IMG/VR virus record: IMGVR_UViG_3300045988_001753
Location: 1-64,000 of that record
Strand: one strand, 5' to 3'
Origin: a virus
Length of the DNA stretch: 64,000 nt
Below are positions 53,870-63,989 of the stretch, one piece after another. The notes under the pieces are model-generated. The model made no database searches. It was given only the letters and a program-made list of their open reading frames with translations, and was not told the origin of the DNA. How positions within the stretch are numbered: the stretch's first letter is position 1; each line of letters starts with the position of its first letter. The position numbers and the translations under genes are program-made.

Positions 53870-55675
53870 TTAATATCCATAAGGATTAAACTCTTGTTCT
53901 TTTGTCTTATTCTGTACTCCTAATTGAGAATGGAATAAGTAGGCTTGCTGTATAGCCTGTGCATATTGTTGCTGTGCATAAGTAATTTCATCTGGAGTAG
54001 CCTGATGTACATTACCTCTTGCATCAGTATATTGCCCTGTATTGACTACTTGTTGCCATTGATTTGCAGCAGCCATTGCCCTATCTCTATTCTGCTCATT
54101 AGTTGTATTGATACCAGCAGGCATTCTGAATCTTCTCACATTGCCCTTGTCATCTTGTATCATTACAGTAGTACCATAAGGACTGAATCTTGTAGCAGTT
54201 ACTTTGTATTTATCACTCTTCAAGTCTTCCATAGTGATTTCCTCACCTGTATCCCTGAATTGCTTAGACTTGCTATCATAATCTACCTCTTTAAGACTTA
54301 ATCCTCTACCAGCAGTCATAATAGCATCCTTCATATCACCCTGTTGGGCACTTGCAATAGGGTAGTCATACTCAGTAACTCTTGTAGCATCATATCTTGC
54401 AGTTCTTGCTGCTGGAGAATTATTAGCATATCTATTCCATACATTACCAAGATTGCCAGGCTGCCACTTGCCCTTTGTCACACTATAAGCACCTATGCTG
54501 TCCATGAACTGCCTGAATGCAGTAGGAGTGAATTTCTTACTGCCATTCTGCATTTGTGTTTCTACATTCATAAGTCTTGCAGTACCACTACCAGAACCTG
54601 CTGATGTTACTCTTGGGGTAGCATTTCTGGTATATTCCTGCCAACCAGCCCAAGTCATTCTCATCTGACCATGATTATCTTTGTAGAAGTACTTAGAGTA
54701 TCTTTTCATATCCTCCTTATACTTCTTCTCATCCTTACTTAGTTCTCTACTACTGTAGATATTCAAAGGATTGATAGCTAAACTATTAAGCCTTGCTTGT
54801 CTCTGCTCTTCTGCCTTTCTTGCAGCAGCTCTTTTCTCTGCCCTAATCTGCATAGCTTCTTGTTCAGCCATCTTAGCTCTCCAATTATCAAGAGTCTGGT
54901 ATTGAGTCTCACCAACTGCACTCCATAGACCTTGCTTAGCATAGTCAATAGCCCTTGCAATAGTGGCTTGGTCTCCCCAGTTCCTAACTCCACTTGAATT
55001 AATGGCATCTTCAACAATTCTTGTAAGTTGAGGAGCAGCATTAGGATTATCCTGTATAGCCTGTAATACTGCTTGAGAACTGAAGCCTTTCTGCATCATA
55101 GTCTCATAGTATGAATTACCTAAGATGCTTCTCCACTTCCTTGGCTTCTCTTGCATTTCCTTAGCCAATGCAGATGCAGCACTTGCAGCCTGTGCAGTAA
55201 TTAACTTACCTGAATATGCTTCATAAGCTAATTGAGGATTCCTTATGTAATCATCAAGACTTGTAGTTGCAGCTCTTCTACTCAACATCAATGTTGGGTC
55301 TTGAAGGAGTGCTTTTTGTTGCTCTTCTGCTTGCTTCTGTCTTGCTGTATAGGCTTGTTCAATAGGAGTTATCTCCTTACTGTACCTTGCTCTCATATTG
55401 AGCATATCCCTTCTACTTGCAGCATTAAGTCCTTCTCTTGCTAACTGACCTGCTTGCTCTTCAAGGTCATTTGCATAGGTCTTGTACATCTTGTAAGCAT
55501 AAGGGTCAGTCTGTTCATTAGCCATTTCCTCCCATACACTTGCCTTAGTAGCAAGCTCTCCATACTGGTTCTCCAACTCTTGATGAGCCTGAGTAGCCAT
55601 CAAGGTTGGAGCCAGCATCTCTTGATAAGAGAATGGCTTGAATTGTGAATTTATTACTAAACTATAATTAGCCAT
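53870..55675 (-). CDS. virion structural/internal protein candidate (601 aa)
   Basis: Tightly packed between giant structural ORFs. Gln/Ala-rich helical N-terminal half. No motif recognised. Confidence 0.45.
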   Translation of the reverse strand: MANYSLVINSQFKPFSYQEMLAPTLMATQAHQELENQYGELATKASVWEEMANEQTDPYAYKMYKTYANDLEEQAGQLAREGLNAASRRDMLNMRARYSKEITPIEQAYTARQKQAEEQQKALLQDPTLMLSRRAATTSLDDYIRNPQLAYEAYSGKLITAQAASAASALAKEMQEKPRKWRSILGNSYYETMMQKGFSSQAVLQAIQDNPNAAPQLTRIVEDAINSSGVRNWGDQATIARAIDYAKQGLWSAVGETQYQTLDNWRAKMAEQEAMQIRAEKRAAARKAEEQRQARLNSLAINPLNIYSSRELSKDEKKYKEDMKRYSKYFYKDNHGQMRMTWAGWQEYTRNATPRVTSAGSGSGTARLMNVETQMQNGSKKFTPTAFRQFMDSIGAYSVTKGKWQPGNLGNVWNRYANNSPAARTARYDATRVTEYDYPIASAQQGDMKDAIMTAGRGLSLKEVDYDSKSKQFRDTGEEITMEDLKSDKYKVTATRFSPYGTTVMIQDDKGNVRRFRMPAGINTTNEQNRDRAMAAANQWQQVVNTGQYTDARGNVHQATPDEITYAQQQYAQAIQQAYLFHSQLGVQNKTKEQEFNPYGY

Positions 55676-55676
55676 A

Positions 55677-58028
55677 TTACTTCTTCTTAATAGTTAAATA
55701 ACCACCCTTAGCTTTCTTTTTCTTAGCTTTATTGGCAGCATCTCTTACTTCCTTCTTCTCTGCTTCACTAAGACTTTCATATCCATTCTTATATGTAACA
55801 TTACCCTTGCTATCAATAGAGTAGTATAGTGCAGGATTACTCATAATCATATTTCTACTATACTCTTCTCTACCAATATCTCCAAGAGAATTAAAGAAGT
55901 TAGTAAGGTTAGCACTCATACTTGCACCTCTTCTTGCATCAACAGCATCTCTTACTGCCATAGCCTGTGCAACACCACTTAGTCTTGAACTTCTTGCCTT
56001 TAATGCAGCTTCTTGATTTGCCATTGCAGCCTTGAGTCCCATCTCAGCATTAGCCATGTTAGTACCTCTATTAAAGGTCTCAACAGCTTGTCTTTGTGCC
56101 AAGTTATACTCTTCAGCCTGTCTTGCAAGGTCTCCTAATCTACCTTGAGCATTATAATCTGCTGCAAGCAAGGCTGCATTTCTTGAAGGACTTGTAGTAT
56201 TCATAATAGCCCTTCTTGTAGCACCTGCCTGTGCATTAAGTTTATTCAAATAGAAGTTTCTGTCAAAAGGTCTATATTGTAAATAGTTACCTATTGGAGT
56301 ATATCCTACTGGAGTATAATTACCTGCTTGATTAGCTGCTTCAAGTATTGTATCTGCACTTGTATAGTCTGGTCTACTAAATAAGTTCTGACCTAATCCT
56401 ATTGCAGCTCCTACTACAGGGGCATATCTTAGCCAAGTCAGCTTGCTATTATTATCCCCTTTATCACCCTCATCAGTACCTGACATGGCTTCATTCCATA
56501 CATCTTCTGCACTGATAGGTTCCAATAAAGTACCATAGTCTTGCCAATCTCCATAATCTACACCATCTAAGAAGTTAGGCATATCACCAAGACCATCAAA
56601 TAATGTACCCATTTTACCACCATGAGCATATTGTACTCCTTCTTGACCTACTTGATTCTGTTGTCTTACAGTCTCTTGGGCTTGTTGTAGTCTGGACATA
56701 GAGCTTAGAAGTCCTCTCTTGCTTATTGGGTCATTAGGTCTTTCCTTTGATTCATCACCTAACTTCTCTGCTATTGCAGCAAAGGAGTATCCATCATAAG
56801 ACTTAGGGAGATTAAAACTCTCCAATAGACCACCATCAGCAAATAATCTGTTACTGAATACATAGTCATTGAATATAACCTCACCTTGCTCTACAAGATT
56901 TGGGTTTCCCTCAGCATCCATTCCCATAGGTACACCCTCCATTGGATTCTCCTCATGGGTTCCACCATTACCAATTACTCTAAGACCATTATCCCACTCA
57001 GCACCATGAGTAAGTAAATCTCCTCCAAAAGCATGATGCCATTTCCTTGCATTAGCAGCAAAAGTAGCTCTCTTCCTTACAGCAGGGTCACTACTTCTTT
57101 TACCCCTTGCAATACACTCTGAAGTAACTTTACCCCCACAATACTTAGTGAATTTACCTCTATTCTCAGGCTTGATATGTATCTTACCTCCTTTAGCAAA
57201 AGTATTCAATTCTGATGATTCAAATGAGTTAGGTAATGAAGTCAGCTTACCTTTATTTGCAGCATTAAGAGCCTTAATGCCTAAGTTCTCCTTAGCTAAC
57301 TCATAACCTATTGCCCCACTTCCATATCCTCCCCATATACCAAGAGGACCACCAAAGGCAGCAAAGCTTGCCATAGCATTAAGGTCAGACTGAGTATCTG
57401 CTGCATCTGCTGCATTCTCATAAGAAGTCAATGCTCTATTTCTTGCAATATCCTGTTGCTTCTTTAGTTCCTTATATTTGTTTTTAGCCTTATTGCTAAA
57501 CCAACCATCTTTACCAATATCTGATTTAGTAAAGTCTTTGCCAAAGTCCTGATTAGCCCACTGGTCCATAACTGAATCAGCACTACTGCTATCTACCATA
57601 ACAGTATTTATAGCTTTGTTGCTTCCTTCAACTTCAGCAATCTTCTCCTTATTTAACTTGGAGCCAAACATCCTATTTGTAAGACCTCCAATAATACCAG
57701 TACCAGCAGATATGATGCCTCCAAGTACAGGATTAACTGCACTTACTGCACCACCTATAGTGCCACCAATATTACTGATTGCACTACCTGCACCTGATTC
57801 AAGTCCTCCACTAATAGCACCACCTGCAATATTACCCACTGCACTACCTATGCCACTTGCTAAGCCTCCTTTCAGCATACCAGCAACATTGCCTCCACTG
57901 AAAGTGCCTTTCAAGTCAAAAGGCTTAGTTCCACCTAAAGCATTCTTGAAATCACCACCCCAACTATAGTAATGAGGGTTGTATGTAAATGGTCTGTTAG
58001 ACTTTCTTATAACTTTTCTTTTAGCCAT
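55677..58028 (-). CDS. glycine-zipper-rich virion/ejection protein candidate (783 aa)
   Basis: About 75 residues of GxxxG-type repeats (GGLASGIGSAVGNIAGGAISGGLESGAGSAISNIGGTIGGAVS...). Lys-rich C-terminus. Confidence 0.5.
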   Translation of the reverse strand: MAKRKVIRKSNRPFTYNPHYYSWGGDFKNALGGTKPFDLKGTFSGGNVAGMLKGGLASGIGSAVGNIAGGAISGGLESGAGSAISNIGGTIGGAVSAVNPVLGGIISAGTGIIGGLTNRMFGSKLNKEKIAEVEGSNKAINTVMVDSSSADSVMDQWANQDFGKDFTKSDIGKDGWFSNKAKNKYKELKKQQDIARNRALTSYENAADAADTQSDLNAMASFAAFGGPLGIWGGYGSGAIGYELAKENLGIKALNAANKGKLTSLPNSFESSELNTFAKGGKIHIKPENRGKFTKYCGGKVTSECIARGKRSSDPAVRKRATFAANARKWHHAFGGDLLTHGAEWDNGLRVIGNGGTHEENPMEGVPMGMDAEGNPNLVEQGEVIFNDYVFSNRLFADGGLLESFNLPKSYDGYSFAAIAEKLGDESKERPNDPISKRGLLSSMSRLQQAQETVRQQNQVGQEGVQYAHGGKMGTLFDGLGDMPNFLDGVDYGDWQDYGTLLEPISAEDVWNEAMSGTDEGDKGDNNSKLTWLRYAPVVGAAIGLGQNLFSRPDYTSADTILEAANQAGNYTPVGYTPIGNYLQYRPFDRNFYLNKLNAQAGATRRAIMNTTSPSRNAALLAADYNAQGRLGDLARQAEEYNLAQRQAVETFNRGTNMANAEMGLKAAMANQEAALKARSSRLSGVAQAMAVRDAVDARRGASMSANLTNFFNSLGDIGREEYSRNMIMSNPALYYSIDSKGNVTYKNGYESLSEAEKKEVRDAANKAKKKKAKGGYLTIKKK

Positions 58029-58046
58029 ATCATACTAATTTGTTTG

Positions 58047-58054
58047 CAAAGATA
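58047..58054 (-). promoter_or_regulatory. Bacteroidota-type -7 promoter box TATCTTTG (minus strand)
   Basis: The reverse complement of 58047..58054 reads TATCTTTG(CA). It lies 18 nt upstream of the ATG at 58028. Confidence 0.45.
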
Positions 58055-58088
58055 AGCAAAGTATTTGAATTATACAAGGATATTATCC

Positions 58089-58127
58089 AAAAAGTAAAGG
58101 GAAGATAAGTAATAAACTTACCTTCCC
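58089..58127 (-). terminator. rho-independent terminator (minus strand) after the 1623-aa gene
   Basis: On the minus strand GGGAAGGTAAGT / ACTTATCTTCCC (one bulge) is followed by TTTACTTTTT. Confidence 0.55.
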
Positions 58128-58135
58128 CCCTATTA

Positions 58136-61100
58136 TTACTCAAAGTAATGCACAATCATATCATGCAATACAGTCTTATTTACATTCTCTTCTTCCATAG
58201 ATAGCTTGATATATAACCAAGGATTCCTCATTCTATCTCTACCTTTCTTAGTAGAACCAACAGCATTAGCTCTTGGTATGTTAGCCCTCCAAATTCTAAA
58301 CTTCTTCTTCAAGTCAGAAGGTCTTCCTAAGATATTATTTAGAGTAGAAGTACCTTGTTGATATTCATTCCATACAGTTAGAGTATCAAATGTTGTATTG
58401 AGCAGATTACCATTCTTGTCCCAGCTATCTGACCTGAACTCAAGGTTATTAAATATCTTGTCTACAGGCATATCTGGGTTAGCTATTATGGTAGTATAGA
58501 ATGGCTGATATACTCCAAAGAACATATTATAGTCTCCTTCATTATGCAACCAAGGTCTATACAATGTACCTGTACCTTCAACATTAAGAGCAATTCCTCT
58601 GTCTTCAAGGTTAGTGAAGTAAGGCATCTTCTCATAACTATAGAATGAGCTGAACTGACCTAATGGCTCAGAGAATGCTAAACACTCATCCTTGCTAATA
58701 AAGAATACATCACCATTAACCTTGTCATAGTAGGTAACAAATCCATCAAAGTCTACTGGGTTCCATATATCTATACTATCAGAGGCTCTGTTAATCCAAG
58801 AGTGGAAACCTAATCTATCTGATAGATTATCCAACTGACCATTGAATAAGAATATTCCTTTTGTGATGTCATCTATAAAGTAAATACCATTAGATGTTTC
58901 ACACATGGACCATTTATTAGTACATCCTATTCTATCAGAGATATATCTCTTACCATTAACCTTTCCACTGTTTGCAATCTCAATAGGGACTCCATCAGTA
59001 GAAGAAATCTGCATATTCTCATTATATAGGATTTGGCTGATACCTCTATCTTGGAAAGCAAGTATATTGTTATTAAACCTTCTCAGTGCCCTTACATTTC
59101 CCTTATCCCCATCAAGGTCAAGGGTAGATGCAAGAGTGATGTTAGTCCAAGTATCTATTAACTCTCCAGCAGTTTTAGTCTTAGTCCAAGTAATTGAATT
59201 ATGGAAGTTATCCAAGTTCAACTTGTTTGGATTAATTGTCCTATAGTTGAAGAAATTATTAGGTTGAGAATATACATCATTCATCAAGTTAAAGTTCTCA
59301 GGAGTAATTGAGAAATTACTTGTTTGTCCTCTGTTCCTATCATATCTACCATCAATATTTACCCTTGTTTCACACATGAATGATACAATATCAGTTACTG
59401 CATTCTGGTCTTCAAGAGTGAAAGGGTAAGTCTTGATATGGTCATATCTTTGGAAATAGGTATCACCTTCTTCCCACCTGATAGTAATACTGCTCTTGAC
59501 TCCATTGTTAGTATCTACAAGAGAAATTGGGTCTCCACAAGGTAGCCATACATTATTTTCAAATGCCTCTTCTGTCTGACCTCCAAACCTATTCTGTACA
59601 CTATCATTATACAATTCTCCTAACCATAGCCATCCATGTTGAATACTTGATACAGCAGATATAGGACCTCTTGGAGCACCAGTAATAATAGTATCTTGTG
59701 ATACACTCTTGGTACTTCCTGACTTATCCCAATACATGTGTTGCCCACTTGGAGCACCTGAGTTCTGTGCATTTACAAACCAAGTATCATCATAATCACC
59801 ATCCTTGATATTAGGTAATATCCTTTGAGCACCTGATGTAGTATAGTTTAGAGCTAATACAGCATGAGGAGTAGACTTATACTTGATTCTAACAGGGTCA
59901 GTACCTGTAATTTGGTCAGTAAATCTACTATCTACCTGCATATACCCACTACTAAACAAAGTATGTGCATTAGTCTCTGCACTTTGAACTCCAGTAGTCA
60001 TAATAGGATAACCATCCTTCTTATCACCAATTCTTGAGATAGTAAGAAGCTTATCTACATTACCATAGTAGTTAATATCTGTAAGACCTGAGTTCTCTTG
60101 TGCAGGTAATCTAACAAGTGATACTTCATTAGAATCAAATACTGCAACTCCTGATATACCAGTTCTTGTGCCATTACCACTCACATAAGCATTCCATATA
60201 TTACCTGAATCCAAGTAGACTGACTTATATGAATACCTCATATTAGACATCTTCTTCTTGTCAAGCATAGCTGACCTATACCCATCAGTAGCAAACTTAG
60301 TGTTATTAAGTGAGCCATTTCTGTGCCAAGGATATACAACAAATCCAGTAGTATAGTGATGAGTATTACCTGTATCTTTCTTGTATGCAGTTAATTCATC
60401 AAACCAGAATGCTCCAGAGATTAATCCTCTCCATCCAAAATGAGAATCACCAAGATGTGACCCAAGCCCTTCATAACTAAAATCATTCTCTACACCAACA
60501 GGTTCTTTATAGAATCCAGCAGGCAACTCTGAACTATCATAGAAGTTATTAACAGGAGTAGAAGTCTGAATATCAATATCTGAGGCAAATGCAGTTAGGG
60601 GAACCATACCTACTATCCTCAGTTTCAATCCTGATGTATCAATACTTCTTACTTCATTATCAAACTCAATGTCAGGTGAGTGGAAAGTTAATATTGATTG
60701 GTCAATGTAGTAATTCTCTGCATTGTTAGATACCCAACTTGCAACATCTGAGTCAGTTGCAGTATCATCAACATAAGGACCAGAAGGAGGATTCCAAATA
60801 CATTGGATTTCTGCATTTCTATTACTATTGCCTGGAATAGGTCTATTATGCCTAAACTCTGCCCAAGCTCCCTTATTGACTACATCAATATTGTATTGTG
60901 TCTCTCCTGAAGTAACTATAGTCCTATTATTAGACATGATACCTGCCCTTGAATATGCAGATGGGTCTCCTAAGAATCTTCCTAATCCTACCCAGTCTCC
61001 ACCCCAAGCACCTTCATCATTCTGAACATAGTGGAAAGCCTTGTATTCATCAAATGGTGCATTAGGTCTTGTAAACCAAGATGACTGTGCAAATGGAGAA

Positions 61101-63007
61101 TTACCAAATCTATCGGATATATTATACACAGTAGGGCAAAGAATGCCTTGACATACAGCTTCTCTATCATTAATGGTAGGATATACTACAACAGGTCTTA
61201 TTCTAACATATCCATTGCTAAGAAGCCTGTCAATAATAGTAGTATCATTTAATGTAAATTCAGCTACTGGTAATCCTATCTTATTATCACTATAAAAGGT
61301 AGTGTCTATATGAACAGTGTTTCTAACATCATTAATCCATATAGGTTCTGACCATTTACCTGTATAGTGCTGAGCCTGAATACCAAATCTGTAATACTCA
61401 AGATATTTGAATGTCTTAAACTGATAAGAGTTCATCTTGAGTTGGTTACTATAAGGATAGTAGCCCTTAGCTTCTGGAGAACTTATACTTTTATTATAGG
61501 TAGAGAAGGTAATACTCTTGCCTTTGAAGTAGCTTCTAATAGTAGAGTCAAGAGTTTTTCTCTTTGTCTCAATGTCTCCAAGGAACAGAGTATTATCCTT
61601 TTGAGCCATTGTACCAAACACTACTTCCTCTCCACCAATATATAACAATTCAGTAGGGTCTACAGAATCTCCTGATGAGCCATTGTCAGTGTAAGTAACT
61701 TTAGCTATACTAAGAGTACCAGTCATATTACCATTATTAGCCAATTGCATACTTGCCTTATTACCATTGGTAATAGTAATAATGAATGATGTGCCTGTAT
61801 CCCAAGTCAGGTAGTCACCTCCAAAGTTTATACCATAATATTCATTAGTATCAAATGTCCAAGACTTGTAGTTTGACCCTGAGTAAGAAGGTTCATATTG
61901 GTCAAGTGTTTTATCTGCCTTATAACCATCCCTTAAATACATAGTCATCTTATTAGCTGGGAGATTAATCTCATAACTACTAAGCTTATAATTTGACCTT
62001 CCTGTAGGAGGAGCTAAATCTACAACTCTCCTAACATCTGGAGTTGCATTTATGCTTGTTCTATGTATTGAATATATTCTGATGTAGTCAAATCTCTTAT
62101 CTACATTAGTCACCTCTATATTGAAACTGTTACTTACTCTATCCTCAGGACTTGCACCTCTGTTATTATATGAGATGTAGTAAAGTGGAGAAGTATAGAA
62201 GATGTTACTCTCCTGACCATACTTGTTAAAGTAGGTAAAGGCATACTGTATAACTCCAGGAGCAAAACTACCATTAGCTACAATATTCCTTTCAATAGTG
62301 ATTTCCTCATTCAGACTAAGTGTCCTCACAAAGTTGAATGAATCAGTATTCCATTTGCTTACTACATCAGATGCAGCAGCTATGTTAATTACTCTTGGCT
62401 GATTTAGACCATCAGTCCAGTACACCTTTCTAATATCAGTGTTCTCATAGAAAGAAATAGTCTCTATAGGATGCTTGTAATTAAATCCTAAGTCTCCTCT
62501 AAACAGTCTCTTTCCAGTTAATGCACCATTGTTGAACCATAGCTTATAGATTCTATCATCCAACATAGAATCTACATCTATATTCAACTTGTATGGACAA
62601 TCTACAAGGGTAATATCTCCAATAGAACTTAGGTCAGGAGTAATATCATTTGCAGTATCTTCCCCAGCAGTAAGGTCAGTAATGAGAACATCACAAGGGA
62701 ATATATCAGGTGCCTCGAATATATTAGGAGTTATATCTGCTAATCTATAATCATCATCTCCAGCAGCAAAGATAATAAGCTCATTATTAACCAATGCCTG
62801 TCCAATAGGAATACCTTTAATATGGTCCCCTACACCTGCTATACTTGATTTCTTATTACCTTTCTCATTTATCAAACTAAGCAGAGTACTCTCATCAGTT
62901 GGCATTACCCTAACATTCTTATTCTCATAAGAATATTCAGAGTTAAATGCAGAAGCTGATAAGTCCCTCTGCATTCCTTTTGTTTTGAATTGTACAACTT
63001 TCTGCAT
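58136..63007 (-). CDS. very large tail/virion structural protein candidate (1623 aa)
   Basis: Uninterrupted ORF rich in Asn/Ser/Thr/Gly/Tyr/Trp, suggesting beta-rich structure. It sits in the structural block. No enzymatic motif recognised. Confidence 0.5.
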   Translation of the reverse strand: MQKVVQFKTKGMQRDLSASAFNSEYSYENKNVRVMPTDESTLLSLINEKGNKKSSIAGVGDHIKGIPIGQALVNNELIIFAAGDDDYRLADITPNIFEAPDIFPCDVLITDLTAGEDTANDITPDLSSIGDITLVDCPYKLNIDVDSMLDDRIYKLWFNNGALTGKRLFRGDLGFNYKHPIETISFYENTDIRKVYWTDGLNQPRVINIAAASDVVSKWNTDSFNFVRTLSLNEEITIERNIVANGSFAPGVIQYAFTYFNKYGQESNIFYTSPLYYISYNNRGASPEDRVSNSFNIEVTNVDKRFDYIRIYSIHRTSINATPDVRRVVDLAPPTGRSNYKLSSYEINLPANKMTMYLRDGYKADKTLDQYEPSYSGSNYKSWTFDTNEYYGINFGGDYLTWDTGTSFIITITNGNKASMQLANNGNMTGTLSIAKVTYTDNGSSGDSVDPTELLYIGGEEVVFGTMAQKDNTLFLGDIETKRKTLDSTIRSYFKGKSITFSTYNKSISSPEAKGYYPYSNQLKMNSYQFKTFKYLEYYRFGIQAQHYTGKWSEPIWINDVRNTVHIDTTFYSDNKIGLPVAEFTLNDTTIIDRLLSNGYVRIRPVVVYPTINDREAVCQGILCPTVYNISDRFGNSPFAQSSWFTRPNAPFDEYKAFHYVQNDEGAWGGDWVGLGRFLGDPSAYSRAGIMSNNRTIVTSGETQYNIDVVNKGAWAEFRHNRPIPGNSNRNAEIQCIWNPPSGPYVDDTATDSDVASWVSNNAENYYIDQSILTFHSPDIEFDNEVRSIDTSGLKLRIVGMVPLTAFASDIDIQTSTPVNNFYDSSELPAGFYKEPVGVENDFSYEGLGSHLGDSHFGWRGLISGAFWFDELTAYKKDTGNTHHYTTGFVVYPWHRNGSLNNTKFATDGYRSAMLDKKKMSNMRYSYKSVYLDSGNIWNAYVSGNGTRTGISGVAVFDSNEVSLVRLPAQENSGLTDINYYGNVDKLLTISRIGDKKDGYPIMTTGVQSAETNAHTLFSSGYMQVDSRFTDQITGTDPVRIKYKSTPHAVLALNYTTSGAQRILPNIKDGDYDDTWFVNAQNSGAPSGQHMYWDKSGSTKSVSQDTIITGAPRGPISAVSSIQHGWLWLGELYNDSVQNRFGGQTEEAFENNVWLPCGDPISLVDTNNGVKSSITIRWEEGDTYFQRYDHIKTYPFTLEDQNAVTDIVSFMCETRVNIDGRYDRNRGQTSNFSITPENFNLMNDVYSQPNNFFNYRTINPNKLNLDNFHNSITWTKTKTAGELIDTWTNITLASTLDLDGDKGNVRALRRFNNNILAFQDRGISQILYNENMQISSTDGVPIEIANSGKVNGKRYISDRIGCTNKWSMCETSNGIYFIDDITKGIFLFNGQLDNLSDRLGFHSWINRASDSIDIWNPVDFDGFVTYYDKVNGDVFFISKDECLAFSEPLGQFSSFYSYEKMPYFTNLEDRGIALNVEGTGTLYRPWLHNEGDYNMFFGVYQPFYTTIIANPDMPVDKIFNNLEFRSDSWDKNGNLLNTTFDTLTVWNEYQQGTSTLNNILGRPSDLKKKFRIWRANIPRANAVGSTKKGRDRMRNPWLYIKLSMEEENVNKTVLHDMIVHYFE

Positions 63008-63009
63008 AG

Positions 63010-63717
63010 TTATTGTAATTTAATGTATTCCTTATTACCAAGAGATGAGAATCCATTATTAAACTCACTTGTCCTTTGTATGAGTGTATTCCACATTCTT
63101 GATATACTCTCCATCTCAGACTGTGATGGAATAGTAAATTCACTCTGCAATTGACCAGCCAACCAAGCATATTGTTGCTGAGTATTCTGTAATACAGCAG
63201 GAGCAATCTTACCCATATCAAATAGAATAGTAAATGCCTCTCTCTTGATATATGCTTCAAGTGCCTTCAGGAATACAGGGTTATCAATAAGTAGTGGAAA
63301 TCCATCCTTATCTACTGGGATTGCCTTATAGGACACTGACACATCTCCTGTCTTGAAGGATACATATAATACTTGTCCTTGTGTTTTGAAGGACAACTCT
63401 TGTGGTATCTTGTAGCCAGCACTTCTGTCATAGTGTTCTCTTGGCATGAAATTATATGTCATGCTTCTAAGGCATACACCAGTTTTACACTCTTTAATCT
63501 GATTGATAGATATTAAATCACAAGGAAGCTTAGCTCTAAAATCCTCTATATGAAGAACCTCTTCCTTATCTTGATATAACTTTGGCATACCAAATATACC
63601 AATGAAGTCAATGGTATATTGTACAGCCTGCTCAAGAGTTACATCTTGAAGAAGAGGATGTCTCAGTACTCTACTTAGAGCTTCTCTTATATTTATGTAG
63701 TTATATTCTTTTACCAT
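63010..63717 (-). CDS. structural-module hypothetical protein (235 aa)
   Basis: Its stop lies 2 nt upstream of the next gene's start. No motif recognised. Confidence 0.5.
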   Translation of the reverse strand: MVKEYNYINIREALSRVLRHPLLQDVTLEQAVQYTIDFIGIFGMPKLYQDKEEVLHIEDFRAKLPCDLISINQIKECKTGVCLRSMTYNFMPREHYDRSAGYKIPQELSFKTQGQVLYVSFKTGDVSVSYKAIPVDKDGFPLLIDNPVFLKALEAYIKREAFTILFDMGKIAPAVLQNTQQQYAWLAGQLQSEFTIPSQSEMESISRMWNTLIQRTSEFNNGFSSLGNKEYIKLQ

Positions 63718-63719
63718 AA

Positions 63720-63989
63720 TTATATCTTGAAAGCATCTATCTTTCCTTCTTTTATTCTTTGTTTTAATCTCTTCTTCAGTTCTCTATTAACATTAAATTC
63801 ATAGAAGACCTGATTATTATAGTCTGCTAACTGCTTATTATAGTAGACCTTAAAGATTTCTTTTTCCTCCACTTTAACCAGTGTTTTTTCCTTATAGGCT
63901 TCCTCATCTTCATACCATAATTTAAGAGTTTTATCCCAGTCTATAGGTAGGTTAGTCTTAACCTTTTCACCATCAAAACTAACTCTCAC
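63720..63989 (-). CDS. structural-module hypothetical protein (89 aa)
   Basis: ORF near the window edge. Lys/Glu-rich. Confidence 0.4.
   Translation of the reverse strand: MRVSFDGEKVKTNLPIDWDKTLKLWYEDEEAYKEKTLVKVEEKEIFKVYYNKQLADYNNQVFYEFNVNRELKKRLKQRIKEGKIDAFKI

Noticed and set aside
57616-57969. 117-aa Pro-rich plus-strand ORF
   Set aside because: It is the complement of the Gly-codon-rich glycine-zipper region of the 783-aa minus-strand gene (GGN read as NCC). It is an artefact.
35129-63007. Stop-codon reassignment (TAG or TGA recoding) reported for some crAss-like phages
   Set aside because: The giant ORFs (2490, 1351, 2353 and 1623 aa) are uninterrupted under the standard code. Gene ends coincide with neighbouring starts, so there is no sign of recoding in this window.
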